DNA of 64,000 bases from Malacoraja senta (taxonomy: Eukaryota), in assembly GCA_038087875.1 (NCBI GenBank), contig CM075988.1, positions 9,550,001 to 9,614,000 on the forward strand, given 5' to 3'. The notes under the pieces are model-generated. The model saw nothing but the letters and a program-made list of their open reading frames with translations, searched no databases and was not told the DNA's origin. This document shows, one piece after another, positions 37,717-51,102 of the stretch. Each line of letters opens with the position of its first letter. Positions within the stretch are counted from its first letter, which is position 1. Position numbers and translations under genes: made by a program.

Positions 37717-38065
37717 GAAGATAGACACAAAAAGCTGAAGTAACTCAGCGTGACAAGCAGCATCTCTGAAGAGAAGGAATGGGTGATGTTTCGGGTCATG
37801 ACCCTTCTTCAGACTGGTTAGGAATAAGGGAAATTAGAGATATAGACAATGATGTAGAGAGATAAAGAACAATGAATGAAAGATATGCAAAAAAGTAGCA
37901 ATGATAAAGGAAACAGGAGAAGGGTCTAAGCTGGAAACGTCGCCCATTCCAGAGAATGCTGCCTGTCCCACTGAGTTACTCCAGCTTTTTGTGTCTATCT
38001 TCTATTGTTAGGTGTTTGTTGGGTGAAAACGAGAAGCTAGTGCGACTTGGGTGGGGGAGGGATGA
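37717..38065 (-). mobile_element. Penelope-derived repeat with an inverted second copy (37916-38003)
   Basis: gaagatagacacaaaaagctg at 37717 is complementary to cagctttttgtgtctatcttc ending at 38003. Confidence 0.75.
37782..37815 (-). ncRNA. Putative minimal type-I hammerhead ribozyme (Penelope-associated)
   Basis: AGU-CUGAAGA-A-GGGUC AU GACCC-GAAAC-AUC-ACC: CUGANGA and GAAA core, helix II, NUH triplet. Confidence 0.6.
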
Positions 38066-39201
38066 GGCGTTTGACTCAATGGCTTTCAAACTCAGCAATG
38101 ACCTGACTAGCGGTAATTCAATTAGAAAAGCAAAACAGTGGCTGGTATAAGCAACACAACAATTTATGGATATTATAAATTCTCAGAAACATTACACTGT
38201 GAGGTGCAGGGGCTTTTCCACTAATCAGATTTAATGTAATTTATAATATTAAACTCTACAAATTAATGCAAATGCCACAGAATCAGGCCTGATGGAATTG
38301 GTTGGGATCTGCAGGTCAGCACGTCCTCTGTGATTTGCAGTCAATAAATATATCATTGCCTGTGACGCGTTGTGCAATGCATCCAGAGGTCATGGAAGGC
38401 ATTAAAGAAAACACAAATTCTCCCGTTCTTTTGGTATAATGTGAAGAAATCTCTTTAATGCAAGTGCTAATTACAAAAGTATAATCTTTCTCATGATCTA
38501 ATTCCCAGTCCAGTACAGTGGAAGGACATAGTGGCCTCATTTGAACCGTCTATGCTGGTTGAATTTATTTTTGACAGGAGCAAGACGAATGCCAGAATTA
38601 ATACAGCAAGCACTGGGAGCATTCAGCAGATGGGTTAGCTAGATAAGCAGAGAATCAGAGGTAAAGTTGCAGGTTGAGAAATCTTCAATTGATATTAACT
38701 GTGTTTCTCTTTCTACAGATGTACGCCGACCTGCTGAGTGTCTCCAGCACATTCTGTTTGCATTTTAGAGTTCCAGGTGAGATCTACTACACACAGCATA
38801 AGCCAGCATCATTTGTGCTAGTCAGCATTACGTGAAGTGCATTAATAGGGCTTCTTCATTCTTTGTAGCCTCGTACAAATCACATTAAGCTGCATGATGT
38901 AATCCCTGCCTCATCAATCATCCCAAATCTCATGGAGTCTCAGAGGCAGTTTATAGCCAAAGACTTCATCAGTGCGAACAATGACATGGGAAACAAAGTG
39001 CTGGAGTCACTCAACAGGTCTAGAAACAACTCTGGAGAACGTTTCCAGTCTTCTGCAGAACCCCCTTCTTCATCAATGACATGGGAGGTACTTACGGACG
39101 CAGAAGATCATTGCGAACCCTACCTTGTTTTATTCCGAAGATAGACAGAAAATGCTGGATTAACTTAGTGGGTCAGGCCGCAACTTTGGCGAAAAGGAAT
39201 A

Positions 39202-39235
39202 GGCGACATTTCGGGTCGGAACCCATCTTCAGACT
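39202..39235 (-). ncRNA. Putative minimal hammerhead ribozyme in a pLTR-derived repeat (about 39135-39390)
   Basis: AGU-CUGAAGA-U-GGGUU CC GACCC-GAAAU-GUC-GCC. Confidence 0.55.
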
Positions 39236-39729
39236 GAAAGATAGAAGTGGCGAGGAGGGATGTTGATGGTATGGAACTGGAGGCAAGAAAAGGTCAGAAC
39301 AAAACAGGTGACCTCTGGAAGAATGGAGTCCATAATGGCCCATTGTTGGCTGAGGAAGATGTGCTAACGCAAGGGGTACAAGGATACAAATATTTTCTTC
39401 ACTTCACTTTCCGGGCACTGTATTCTCAATTTGCTTAGAGAGAGACCTTTAAACTCTCATGACCTATCCAGTGATCAGAGGGGCACTTGCACAGCAGTTT
39501 TGAGCTCTCCATGTAACTTCTGAAGGGAACTGCACTGGTCCCAATTTCATGCACAATTCTTTGTTGCTTCCATTGACTTTAACATATTTGTGCCCAGGAG
39601 ATTTTGTGGGGATTCTGGGACTATGCACTGCATAGGTTCAGTCGACCAAATAAGGGTGAAATCCAATGTCCAGGCAACAGTTTAAGGATGATGCTACTCT
39701 AGAATGTGGTACAGCACTTCTCAAAGCAT

Positions 39730-40090
39730 TTGGGTGGCAGGGTGGCACAGCTAGCAGAGCTGCTGTCACAGGGACACAGGTTCGATCCTGACTTCAGCTG
39801 CGGTCTGAGTAGTGGAGTTAGCAAGTTCCTCTATGACCAAGTACATTTCCTCCAGGTGCTTTGGTTTCCTCCCACATCTCTAATATGTACAAGTTGGCAG
39901 ATTAATTAGCCCTAGTGTGTAGGTGAGTGGTAGAATCTAAAGTAAGTTCATGGAAAACGTGAGGAGAATTTAAAAATAAAAAAATGGAATTCATGTAGGA
40001 TTTGTGTAAACAGGTGAATGAGGGTTAGTATACATTTGCTGGGATGAAGGACCTCATTCCGTACTGTTTCCCTGCATAACTATGATTCTA
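39730..40090 (+). mobile_element. Diverged V-SINE
   Basis: gtggcacagct A-box, gttcgatcc B-box, CR1-like tail. Confidence 0.75.
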
Positions 40091-40749
40091 TTACTCCTCC
40101 ACCTTTAATGACTGTCACACATGTGAACCACTCAGATTATCTGACAAAAGACTTTGTCAAGGAGACAGGTGTTATCTAAATGGTGAGGATACCTTCTGTG
40201 ATCTTCATATTCTGAGATTGTCACACTTGCTACGCCTCCAGACACTTGAGACTCTTTCCACACTTGTCCCCTGAGCTATTAGGTCTATATCTTTCGGTTC
40301 CATTTGCGTTTTGATTTTGGGTTTTCTTCAGTACTTCTCGGTGAGCTGGCATTCGAGTCCTTTCCATTTCTGAGCCTGCTGACAGAGATAGTCTATTTCT
40401 CTTGGTTTTCTGTCATTTTTTTTGTTTGGAGGTATTGACTCAGCTCTTGAACTTGGCAAAGTGGCCAATAACCATGTCAAACCCTTCAAGAGTTGAGGTT
40501 GCATGGTTTCATTTCAACTGAGTTTCAGCTGCCAAGAAACCAATTGCCTGATTTGGGACAAATATTCAAATCTGGAATAAACACAGAAAATAGTGGAAAT
40601 TCTCAGCAGGTTATTATTTTCCCTTAACCAATATTCAGCCATGTGTACTTACAACAGATCTTGTTGGATAGTGAATATAGATAAGGTCCAGTTCATTGTT
40701 ACATTGGTAGCAGCATAGATACTTGGAAAAGGTCTTGCTGGTAAACAGT

Positions 40750-41390
40750 TCAAGAAGGAACTGCAGATGCTGGAAAATCGAAGGTAGACAAAAATGCTGG
40801 AGAAACTCAGCGGGTGCGGCAGCATCTATGGAGCGAAGGAAATAGGCAATGTTTTGGGCCGAAACCCTTCTTTAGACTGGTAAACTACCTATTACATGTA
40901 CTAATCAAAACACAACGTGCTGGAGGAAGTCAGCAGGTCAGTCAACATCTGCGGTGGAAATGGACAGACGATATTTTGGATCACAAACGTTCTGCCGACT
41001 GATTGCAGTGTTGGGTGAGGGGGGGAGAGAAAGCTGGAAAAGAGAGGTGGGGGAGGACAAAGTCAGGCAAATGATGGATAGCTACAGGTGAGAGGGATTT
41101 TGACTGGCAGATGGCTGGAGTAAATAACAAAGGGTGGAGGTGAAAAGGAGACAAAGGGCATCAGATAAGGAGAGGGGTGAAAAGTAAAGCCAGAGGTAGG
41201 AATATACGTGGAAGTGGAGGGCACGGGGAAGAGGAGGAGATTAAAGGGAACTGAAGGACTCGGGGGTGGGTAATGACTGTATAAATGAGAAGAAGCAGGT
41301 TGACTGGGAGTTTGGGAGATACTGCAGAAATATTTCTCCAACATCTTGTGTCTTCCTCAAGGTTCCAATACCTGCAGTTCCTTGCATCTG
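40750..41390 (-). mobile_element. Cluster of Penelope-derived repeats
   Basis: aaggaactgcagatgctgg...cccttctttagact, followed by a purine-rich body complementary to Penelope 3' regions. Confidence 0.6.
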
Positions 41391-42354
41391 CAGTTACTAA
41401 TCATGAGTTTCTTTATTTGACTTTGCATCAACTATTCAAAGATGGTGATGTAATGCCTCAGTTTACATACTCAACATTGTCTGACCAAAGCCAATTGCAA
41501 AATTCTGCAGATGCTGGAAATCTGAAATAAACACAGAAAATAGTGAAAATACTCAGTAAATTGGGCAGCATATAAGGTAAGAGCCACAGAGCTACCATTA
41601 CTAAAACTGGGAAAAATAGTTGAAGTTTATTTTAATTTGCAGATAAAGTAAGTGCAGTAGTGAAAACAAAAAGGGAAGTCTATGATCAGACAAAGGCTGG
41701 GTAATTGAACAACGTGTGTTAATGGAGCCAGATGATAGAGTGTAGTAAACACTGTGGATTCAATAAACCAAATAAAATTGAAATGACAGAAAAGGGGAAC
41801 AGCAAAAAAGCAAATATTCGAAATGTGAGTTTCTTGCCTGGAACGGCAAATTATCTGAAATTACTGAATTCAATGATGAATGAAGGTTGGAAGATACTGA
41901 CTAGCGGGAGTAAATAATGGAGTTAGGTAGAAATAATGATCTTCTGTGGGTCGAGAATAGTTGGAAAGAATGGGTCTACAAGGACAGTTCTGATTGTGGA
42001 AGTTAACGAGAAGGTAGAAGCAGGCTGTGCATGGTCAGACCAGGAGATTGGAGGCTGTGGATCATCTTCAAAAGAAATGATGTTCCACGCTGCAGTCAAT
42101 GCCCAAAGAGAGATGAGGAGTTGTCAGAGAGCAAACGTGTGACCTTTGTTAGGTAGAGGACAGTTTGCCAAACTAAAACAGCACTGCCCTTGTCAACAGG
42201 TTTGATGACAATGTTGAAATCGATCTGTATTAAGCCGTTTGCCAAAGGTTCAGAGGGAGGTAAGTTAAGGACATGAGAAAATCAATTTCATGCTGACAGC
42301 TGCCCGCATCTTGTCAGTCATTGGAAACGGACTCCATGTCAGTCACCATTTTCA

Positions 42355-42603
42355 CTATCCCTATTTTATTCTCCTTCAAGCCTCCCCATATTTCACCACT
42401 CAACTACACATAAAGGGAAATTTAAAGTGGCTGAATAGTCTACCAATCATGACTTCCTTTTGTGAGAGAAAATGAGTGTCAGCAGAAACCCATGCAGTCA
42501 AAGGTAGAACGTGCAAATTCCACACAGGTAGCACCCGAGGTCAAAATTGAACGCAGGTTATTGGAGCTGTGTTAGCAGCTCTACCAGCTGCACATTGTGC
42601 CAT
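42355..42603 (-). mobile_element. Diverged V-SINE
   Basis: acccatgcagtca...gaacgtgcaaattccacacag...cagctctaccagctgc. Confidence 0.65.
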
Positions 42604-42759
42604 GAAATAAGAGTTAATTTTTCTGTTGCACTGCCATCTCATTTCTACTTGAAAAACATCCTCAAAATCTACTCCTTTATGAGAATTAAAATGTATAATC
42701 ATATAATTTAATATCGCGGTTAGGAATATTCAAATAGATTTTATTATTACCAGTGGATT

Positions 42760-43470
<711 letters not shown>

Positions 43471-43712
43471 ATTTTACCTTGGGTTAGAAAGAGTTGAGTG
43501 TACACTGCAATTCTGCTATGCATCAACAGTACAAAGCATTTCATTTTTATGTGAAGGCTGACAATTTTATATTGTGTCAACATTAATAGGGTACAGTGTA
43601 TATTCTAATGTTGTGGATTAATGGGATTAAAAAACATATTGAAGTGGTGCATAAGGATTGGGGCAGCACACTGCATATTGTGGTTACTGTGAATAAACTA
43701 ATGGGATGCAAT

Positions 43713-45562
43713 TCAAAGTAAATCCAAAGGGTTTCTACAGCTATATTAATAGCAAAAGGATAACGAGGGATAAAATTGGTCCATTAGAGAGTCAGAGTGG
43801 ACAGGTATCTGCAGAGCCAAAAGAGATGGGGGAGATATTGAACAATTTCTTTTCTTCGGTATTCACCAAGGAGAAGGATATTGAATTATGTGAGGTAAGG
43901 GAAACAAGTAGAGTAGCTATGGAAACTATGAGATTCAAAGAAGAGGAAGTACTGACACTTTTGAGAAATATAAAAGTGGATAAGTCTCCAGGTCCGGACA
44001 GGATATTCCCTAGGACATTGAGGGAAGTTAGTGTAGAAATAGCAGGGACTATGACAGAAATATTTCAAATGTCATTGGAAACGGCAATAGTGCCGGAGGA
44101 TTGGCGTATTGCGCATGTTGTTCCATTGTTTAAAAAGGGGTCTGAGAGTAAACCTAGCAATTATAGACCTGTTAGTTTGACAGCAGTGGTGGGCAAATTA
44201 ATGGAAAGGATACTTAGAGATAATATATATAAGCATCTGGATAAACAGGGGCTGATTAGGAATAGTCAACATGGATTTGTGCCTGGAAGGTCATGTTTGA
44301 CTAATCTTCTTGAATTTTTTTAAGAGGTTACTCGGGAAATTGATGAGGGTAAAGCCATGGATGTTGTATATATGGACTTCAGTAAGGCCTTTGACAAGGT
44401 TCCTCACGGAAGATTGGTTAAGAAGGTTCATTGGTTGGGTATTAATGGTGGAGTAGCAAGATGGATTCAACAGTGGCTGAATGGGAGATGCCAGAGAGTA
44501 ATGGTGGATGGTTGTTTGTCAGGTTGGAGGCCAGTGACTAGTGGGGTGCCACAGGGATCTGTGTTGGGTCCACTGTTGTTTGTCATGTACATCAATGATC
44601 TGGATGATGGTGTGGTAAATTGGATTAGTAAGTATGCAGATGATACTAAGATAGGTGGGGCTGTGGATAATGAAGTAGATTTTCAAAGTCTACAGAGAGA
44701 TTTATGCCGGTTGGAAGAGTGGGCTGAAAGATGGCAGATGGAGTTTAATGCTGATAAGTGTGAGGTGCTACATCTTGGCAGGACAAATCAAAATAGGACG
44801 TACATGGTAAATGGTAGGGAATTGAAGAATGCAGGTGAACAGAGGGATCTTGGAATAACTGTGCACAGTTCCCTGAAAGTGGAATCTCATGTAGATAGGG
44901 TGGTAAAGAAAGCTTTTGGTGTGCTGGCTTTTACAAATCAGAGCATTGAGTATAGAAGTTGGGATGTAATGTTAAAATTGTACAAGGCATTGGTGAGGCC
45001 AATTCTGGAGTTTGGTGTACAATTTTGGTCGCCTAATTATAGGAAGGATGTCAACAAAATAGAGAGAGTACAGAGGAGATTTACTAGAATGTTGCCTGGG
45101 TTTCAACAACTAAGTTACAGAGAAAGGTTGAACAAGTTAGGGCTTTATTCTTTGGAGTGCAGAAGGTTAAGAGGGGACTTGATAGAGGTCTTTAAAATGA
45201 TGAGAGGGATAGACAGAGTTGACGTGGATAAGCTTTTCCCATTGAGAGTAGGGAAGATTCAAACAAGGGGACATGACTTGAGAATTAAGGGACAGAAGTT
45301 TAGGGGTAACATGAGGGGGAACTTCTTTACTCAGAGAGTGGTGGCTGTGTGGAATGAACTTCCAGTGAAGGTGGAGGAGGCAGGTTCGTTTTTATCATTT
45401 AAAAATAAATTGGATAGTTATATGGACGGGAAAGGAATGGAGGGTTATGGTCTGAGCGCAGGTATATGGGACTAGGGGAGAATACGTGTTCGGCACGGAC
45501 TAGAAGGGTCGAGATGGCCTGTTTCCGTGCTGTAATTGTTACATGGTTATATGGTTATATAT
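43713..45562 (+). mobile_element. 5'-truncated CR1 LINE, relatively young; ORF2 RT region with one in-frame stop (44321-44323)
   Basis: NYRPVSLT, YMDFSKAFDKVPH, GVPQGSVLGP, YADDTKIGG; (ATGGTTAT)n tail; possible TSD ATGCAAT at 43706-43712 and 45563-45569. Confidence 0.95.
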
Positions 45563-46729
45563 ATGCAATGCACAGTCTTGTGAATGAGTTAATACACAAA
45601 AGTGCCCAATTCCTGCTTGATTTTTCAAAGGCTTCAGCCAAGATGTCAATAATGGGAACAAGTATTACATTGCAGTGCTATGAGTAGGTTTAGAGGTTTC
45701 AAGCATAAATTGCAGTATTACAGAGGAGCAGAAAATGCTTTTGTTCCATTAATCATATGGTGAATGTCAACCTTTTTTTTCTAAAAATCATCATCGCCTC
45801 CGCTTGTTTCAGTAAGTAATTGGCCAGAATATTCCAACACTGCAGAACTGCTTTTCACATTCCCATTTAGTCATATGGTCAGAACCTATTAGATGAATGA
45901 GAAATCATATTTCCATTTCATCAGGATGCACTGCCAAAGAGAGCAGAGATCAAAGAATCTTTCTCGAAATCTGATCTTTAATGGGGGAAAAAAGCGTTGG
46001 AGTGCACACCATTTAGTAAAACCTACTTTGTATCATTGGGTCGAGTGTGAGCCGTGAAAAATGAATATGATTTAGCATTGCTTGCCCTGAATGGCAGTTT
46101 AATGAGGGAAGTAACTGAGGGGTTGAATTTTGTGCAGTATTAAGTAATAATGAATGCTGAGTGGTTCCATTAATTGATCAATGTGTGTCAGTGATGGTCT
46201 TTCTGTGCCATAAACACATCTTAAAGTGTCATTCCCCACCCTTTAAATGAAGACTTGCAAATTTATAACTGGTATTAAAAACAGCTCAATGTTTTACAGC
46301 CTTTCTAAACCGCAAAGCACAATCATTAATATTCAGACCTTAATCTCTCAGAAAATAAGCTGCGCTTTTCTTGTTAGATGTCAGCCTGATTGAAGCGTTG
46401 GATGAATTTGCAAATGTACAACTTGCCACAGCTCAAATGGGGGATAGAACATTTCCCTTGGGCTTGCTTTGTGAATGGTCTTGGTACTGCCTTCCTCCAT
46501 TAGTATCCTTACATTGTAGCTACCAGTTTAAGATACTTTGAAATCAGGAGAGACTTTCTGTGCTGAATTTTATTGTTGACCTCGTTATTTTCCAGTTTGT
46601 CACTGGAACAAAGTATAAAGGGATTACAGTGTTACACTTTGACCGTCATTACATCTTCACTTTATCAAGTTGCATCTTTATTTAGGGACACATCTTGCTT
46701 TTCAATAAGGATACTGCTTTGTCAATAAA

Positions 46730-46985
46730 GGTGGGCGCTGCGGTAGAGTTGCTCCCAGAGACCCGGGTTCGATCTTGACTACGAGTGCTGTCTGTTAGAA
46801 GTTTGTACGTTCTCCCTGTGACCATGTGGGTTTTCTCCGGATTCTCCAGTTTGCTCCCACATTTTCATTGGCTTCTGTAAAAAAATGTTCCTGGTGCGTC
46901 GGATAGAACTAGATTAAGGGTGATCGTTGGTCGGCATGGGCACGGTGGGATGAAGAACCTGTTTCCATGCAGTATCTCTATAAAC
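46730..46985 (+). mobile_element. V-SINE
   Basis: gagacccgggttcgatc...ctgtttccatgcagtatctcta. Confidence 0.8.
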
Positions 46986-48479
46986 AAAAATAGGTGCACT
47001 ACCTCAGTAAATATCTGTACAGTCGGCCAGTTGTCAGAATCCACATTCCTTCCACTATAAGCATCTATTTTCAACTCTAGTCTCACCCCTCCTTATTTGT
47101 AGGTGCTGTGAAGTATTGCTTTATACGAGGACCATTATATAATGCAAATTGTGTAATGTTTCACATCAATGACTTTTGGTGCGTCCATAATAAATGGAAA
47201 CAGGAATCTCCCTACCATGTAGTTGTGTCAGAAATAAGACCATCACATTCCCGGGCAGTAAATGTACAAAATGTCTATTTTTATTGCGTTAGGCCACATG
47301 CAGCAGAGATTTAGACAAGCTGATGTTTCTGAAAAATTGAATGTGACATTTAAGAGGCTTTTTAATATGCACTTGGATATGCAGGGAATGAAGGGATATG
47401 GATCTTGTGCAGGCAGAGGAGATTAGTTTATCTTGGCATTATGTTTGGCACGTACATTGTCGCTCAAAGGGTCCATTGCTGTGCTGTACTGTTCTATGTT
47501 CCATCAGCAAGGATTGCATGGAATAAGGAAGAAAGCCATGGATGAGGATCGCAACAGCATCCATAAGGAAGTGCTGAGATCAGGCAAAATTACAAGTGGA
47601 CGGTCTTCATGCAAGTTGAAGCTGAACTGGAATGTCAGAAATGACAAGAAGATTACAAACAGCCCAGTTCAATTTCACATTTTTGACAGTAAGAATGAAG
47701 AAGTATTGTTCCTAGATGCTCAACATACCTGAACTGAGCCTCTGAGGAGGTTGAGTAAATCAATGCAATGTTGACTGGGAAATTGAGATGCACTGACCAT
47801 GAAGATACAAGACCAGTCTGCAAAGTGTACCATGCAGGAATGGGTGATAAATAGAAAACTTTAATGAAGCAATATGTACATAACTATTTCAAGTTGGGCT
47901 ACTGCTGACAAGTAATACAGATTCAAAGGACTTTTTGAAATATTGCTCGTGAGCCATGAGCTACATGGAGAGAGCTGTAACAATTAGATTTTGCAGGAGT
48001 CCCTCCAGTTTAAGAGTGGTAACAATTTGCCCAGCATCTTGGTTTCTTTCGATGTCCACTGGTTCATGTTGGAGCGCATTAGCAAAAATATTATCTTTTA
48101 GCTGAGATTTTAAACTGAGTCCAACTTACTGTGTCAGGATATGTAAATTCTTTCAAAAAAAGTTATCCTTTGTGTGCTAATTTTTAATGCTCAGCCAGTG
48201 AAACAGAAAAAAACATCCCAGAAGATTTTGGCAATATCAGATCGTTAGTCATTGAAACTACTGTAGCTGTGATGAATTAGCTGCCATGTTTCCAACAGTG
48301 CATCAATGGCAATTCTTCAGAAGAACTCTGAGACATAATGAACGAGATTTTAACATGCTTTAGAAATGCATGTTTTTATTGATGTTATTGGGATTACAAA
48401 CATATAGCACTGCATCTTACATGCACACGATGCTTCATTCTTCTGAGCTTAGCTCAGTTACAGAATCACAGAGCCACAT

Positions 48480-48930
48480 AGCACCACAACAGGTTTGATG
48501 GACCACTATTTTCAAATTGGCCATCTAGTGCCAATCTGTATTAATCCCATTTACCAGCATTTCGTCTGTAACCTAGGCATTGACGAATTAAGTGTATTTC
48601 CAGATTATTTTTTGCAATATTTTAAGATTACCTGCCTGCATCACCTTATCAACTAGTGTGTTCCAGATTTCAACTATTCCCTTCCAATCCTTTTAACTCT
48701 CATCCTAAACCTATACACTCAAGATTTAGATACCTCTGCCATGAGGAAAATATTTCCCATTACATATCGTGTGTAAGTCCCTCATAATCTGAGGTGTCTT
48801 TGTCAGGTCAGCCCTCAGTCTTTTCCACTGCAAGAAAAACAAATTCAGTCCATCCAGTCTCTTATAACTAAAACACACCATTGCAGTAACATCCTATTGA
48901 ATCTCCTCTGCACCTTTTCCACAGCAGTCA
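48480..48930 (-). mobile_element. Highly diverged CR1 3' fragment
   Basis: aatctcctctgcacc and cctcataat motifs, complementary to the CR1 ORF2 end. Confidence 0.5.
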
Positions 48931-48984
48931 CAGCAGGTTTATATTGAGTGTGTGTAAGAGCAGAGGAGTGGACATAACAAGGCA

Positions 48985-49910
48985 TCTGAGATATCCTCTT
49001 TCTTTAGGGAACTAAGGTTCTCCTCTTACATTGTAGATGAAGCTCTCACTAAGGTCTCCTCGATCTCCCACAGATCCCCCTCCACCCATTCATAACAAGG
49101 ACAGAGTCCCCCTTGTCCTCACCTTCCACCCTATCAGCCGTCGCATACAACATATAATCCTCCAACATTTTCGCCATCTCCAATGTGATCCCACTACTGG
49201 CCACATATTCCCATCTTCACCCCTTTTTGCTTTCCGCAAAGACCATTCTGTCTCTAACTCCCTGCTCCACTCATCCTTTCCACCCAAAACACCCTTTCCC
49301 CAGGCAATTTCCCCTGCAACCGCAGGAGATGCAATACCTGTCCCTTTACCTCCCCCCTCGACTCCATTCAAGGACCTAAACAGTCTTTCCAGGTGAGGCA
49401 GAGGTTCACTTGCATCTCCTGCAACCTCATCTACTGTATCCGCTGTTCCAAAGGTCAACTTCTCTACATCGGCGAGACCAAGTGCAGGCTCGGCCGGCGA
49501 TTGTTTCGCTGAACACCTCCACTCAGTCCGTCTTAACCTATCTGATTTCCCGGTGGCCCAGCACTCCAACGCCCCTTTCCTTTCCCAATCTGACCTTTCT
49601 GTCCTGGCCCTCCTCCATTGTGAGAGTGAGGCCCAGCGCAAATTGGAAGAACAGCACCTCATATTTTGCTTGGGTAGTTTATACCTCAGCAGTATGCACA
49701 TTGACTTCTCTAACCAGATAGCCCTTGCTTTCTCTCTCCTTCCCCTTCCCAGTTCTCCCACTTGTCTTAATGTCTCCACCTATATTCTATCTTTGTCCCA
49801 CCCCCTCCCCTGACATAAATCTGAAGAATGGTCTCGACCCGAAACATCAGCCATTCCTTCTCTCCAGAGATGCTGCCTCACCCGCTGTTACTCCAGCATT
49901 TTGTGTCTAC
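48985..49910 (+). mobile_element. Penelope-like element 3' portion: GIY-YIG endonuclease relic plus pLTR
   Basis: Translation about 49390-49490 gives FTCISCNLIYCIRCSKGQLLYIGETKCRLG, then FAEHL after a frameshift; RKLEEQHLIFCLGSL; ends in the hammerhead-bearing repeat at 49818-49910. Confidence 0.88.
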
Positions 49911-50039
49911 TTTCATGTGTAAAGAGCCAATAGATTTTGAGTAATGGTTTACCACATCATCTGTTTGGAGGAATCTCTGAAAAATACCCATTTTCTCCCA
50001 CTTGCCTGATTTATTTCACTGACTTGTTGCTTCATTGTC

Positions 50040-50595
50040 TGGTTCGCAATTTGAACGGAGATTAAAGAATGGAAGATGTGGTGGACATTACCCAGTCCCT
50101 CTTGGGTAGTCATCTACCCTTCCATTGAAAGGATTTCCAGGAAGTGCTGCCCAAAAAGGCAGCTGAGATCATCAAAGGCCCACACCACCCTGGTCACACT
50201 CTCATCTAACTGTTACCATTGGGAAGAAGATACATGAACTTGAGAACCATTACCACCAGGTTCAGGAACAGTTTTCTCCCATTGGCCATCAAGCTATTGA
50301 TCCATATACTGCATAACATTAACCACAATCCTATCTGAGCAACGATCTGCTATGGACTTCATATAATGTTGAACTATATACAAAAGGACACAAAGTACTG
50401 GAGAAACTCAGCAGGTCAGGCAGCTTATCTGGAGAACATGGATCGGTGACGTTTTGGGTTGAAACCCTTCTTCAAAATCTCTTCAAAGCACGATTATGGC
50501 CGAGCAACCTAGTATAACTATTAATGTATGGTATTATAGTTTAATGCAGGTTTATTTGTTGTGTTTTATGTGCTTGTAAAACCGCAGTAAGTAAG
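50040..50595 (+). mobile_element. Rex1/Babar-like LINE 3' fragment (tail resumes at 61783-61830)
   Basis: atcatcaaaggcccacaccaccctgg...accaggttcaggaacagttt; tail gcagtaagtaagAAT|tgtattgtccc...caattaaacactctt is split by the DIRS. Confidence 0.65.
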
Positions 50596-50668
50596 AATAG
50601 TAAGATTAAACGAGAACTTACCAGTTTGAAGTTTGATCTGTATTTTATGAGGAGTTACGATGAGGGAT

Positions 50669-50704
50669 TACGTGAAGAACCCACTCAGTACGCAGGCGCG
50701 GCAT
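50669..50704. repeat. DIRS 3' ITR (inverted partner at 61720-61755)
   Basis: tacgtgaagaacccactcagtacgcaggcgcggcat versus atgccgcgcctgcgcactgagcgggttcttcacgta, 2 mismatches. Confidence 0.92.
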
Positions 50705-50822
50705 ACTTCCAAGAAGCGGTGTGGAATCACAGATAGACACAGGTATTTGAAGTAAACATAGTAAAGAAAAGGAGACATCAATTTATTAGTTTGATCCATA
50801 TAATGAGGGTGGGAGCGGAGGG

Positions 50823-50935
50823 CACGTAATCCCTCATCGTAACTCCTCATAAAATACAGATCAAACTTCAAACTGGTAAGTTCTCGTTTAATCTTACTAT
50901 TTTACTTCGGAGTCACGTGAGTGACTACGTGAAGA
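50823..50935. repeat. DIRS internal complementary region (ICR)
   Basis: 50823-50901 is the exact reverse complement of 50596-50674; 50899-50935 is the exact reverse complement of 61746-61782. Confidence 0.95.
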
Positions 50936-51102
50936 TTTCAAAGCTCTGTGATTTCAAACCGTGTAACAGTTTTATTTCACTCACTGCCGAAGTTCTTGAG
51001 GGAGGAAGTGTTATCGTAATCAACCAATGAATCCGTTTCTCAAGAAACAAAAAAGGTATTTATTAACAATAACAAAAATTAAATAGCTCCCCCGCGCTTA
51101 AA

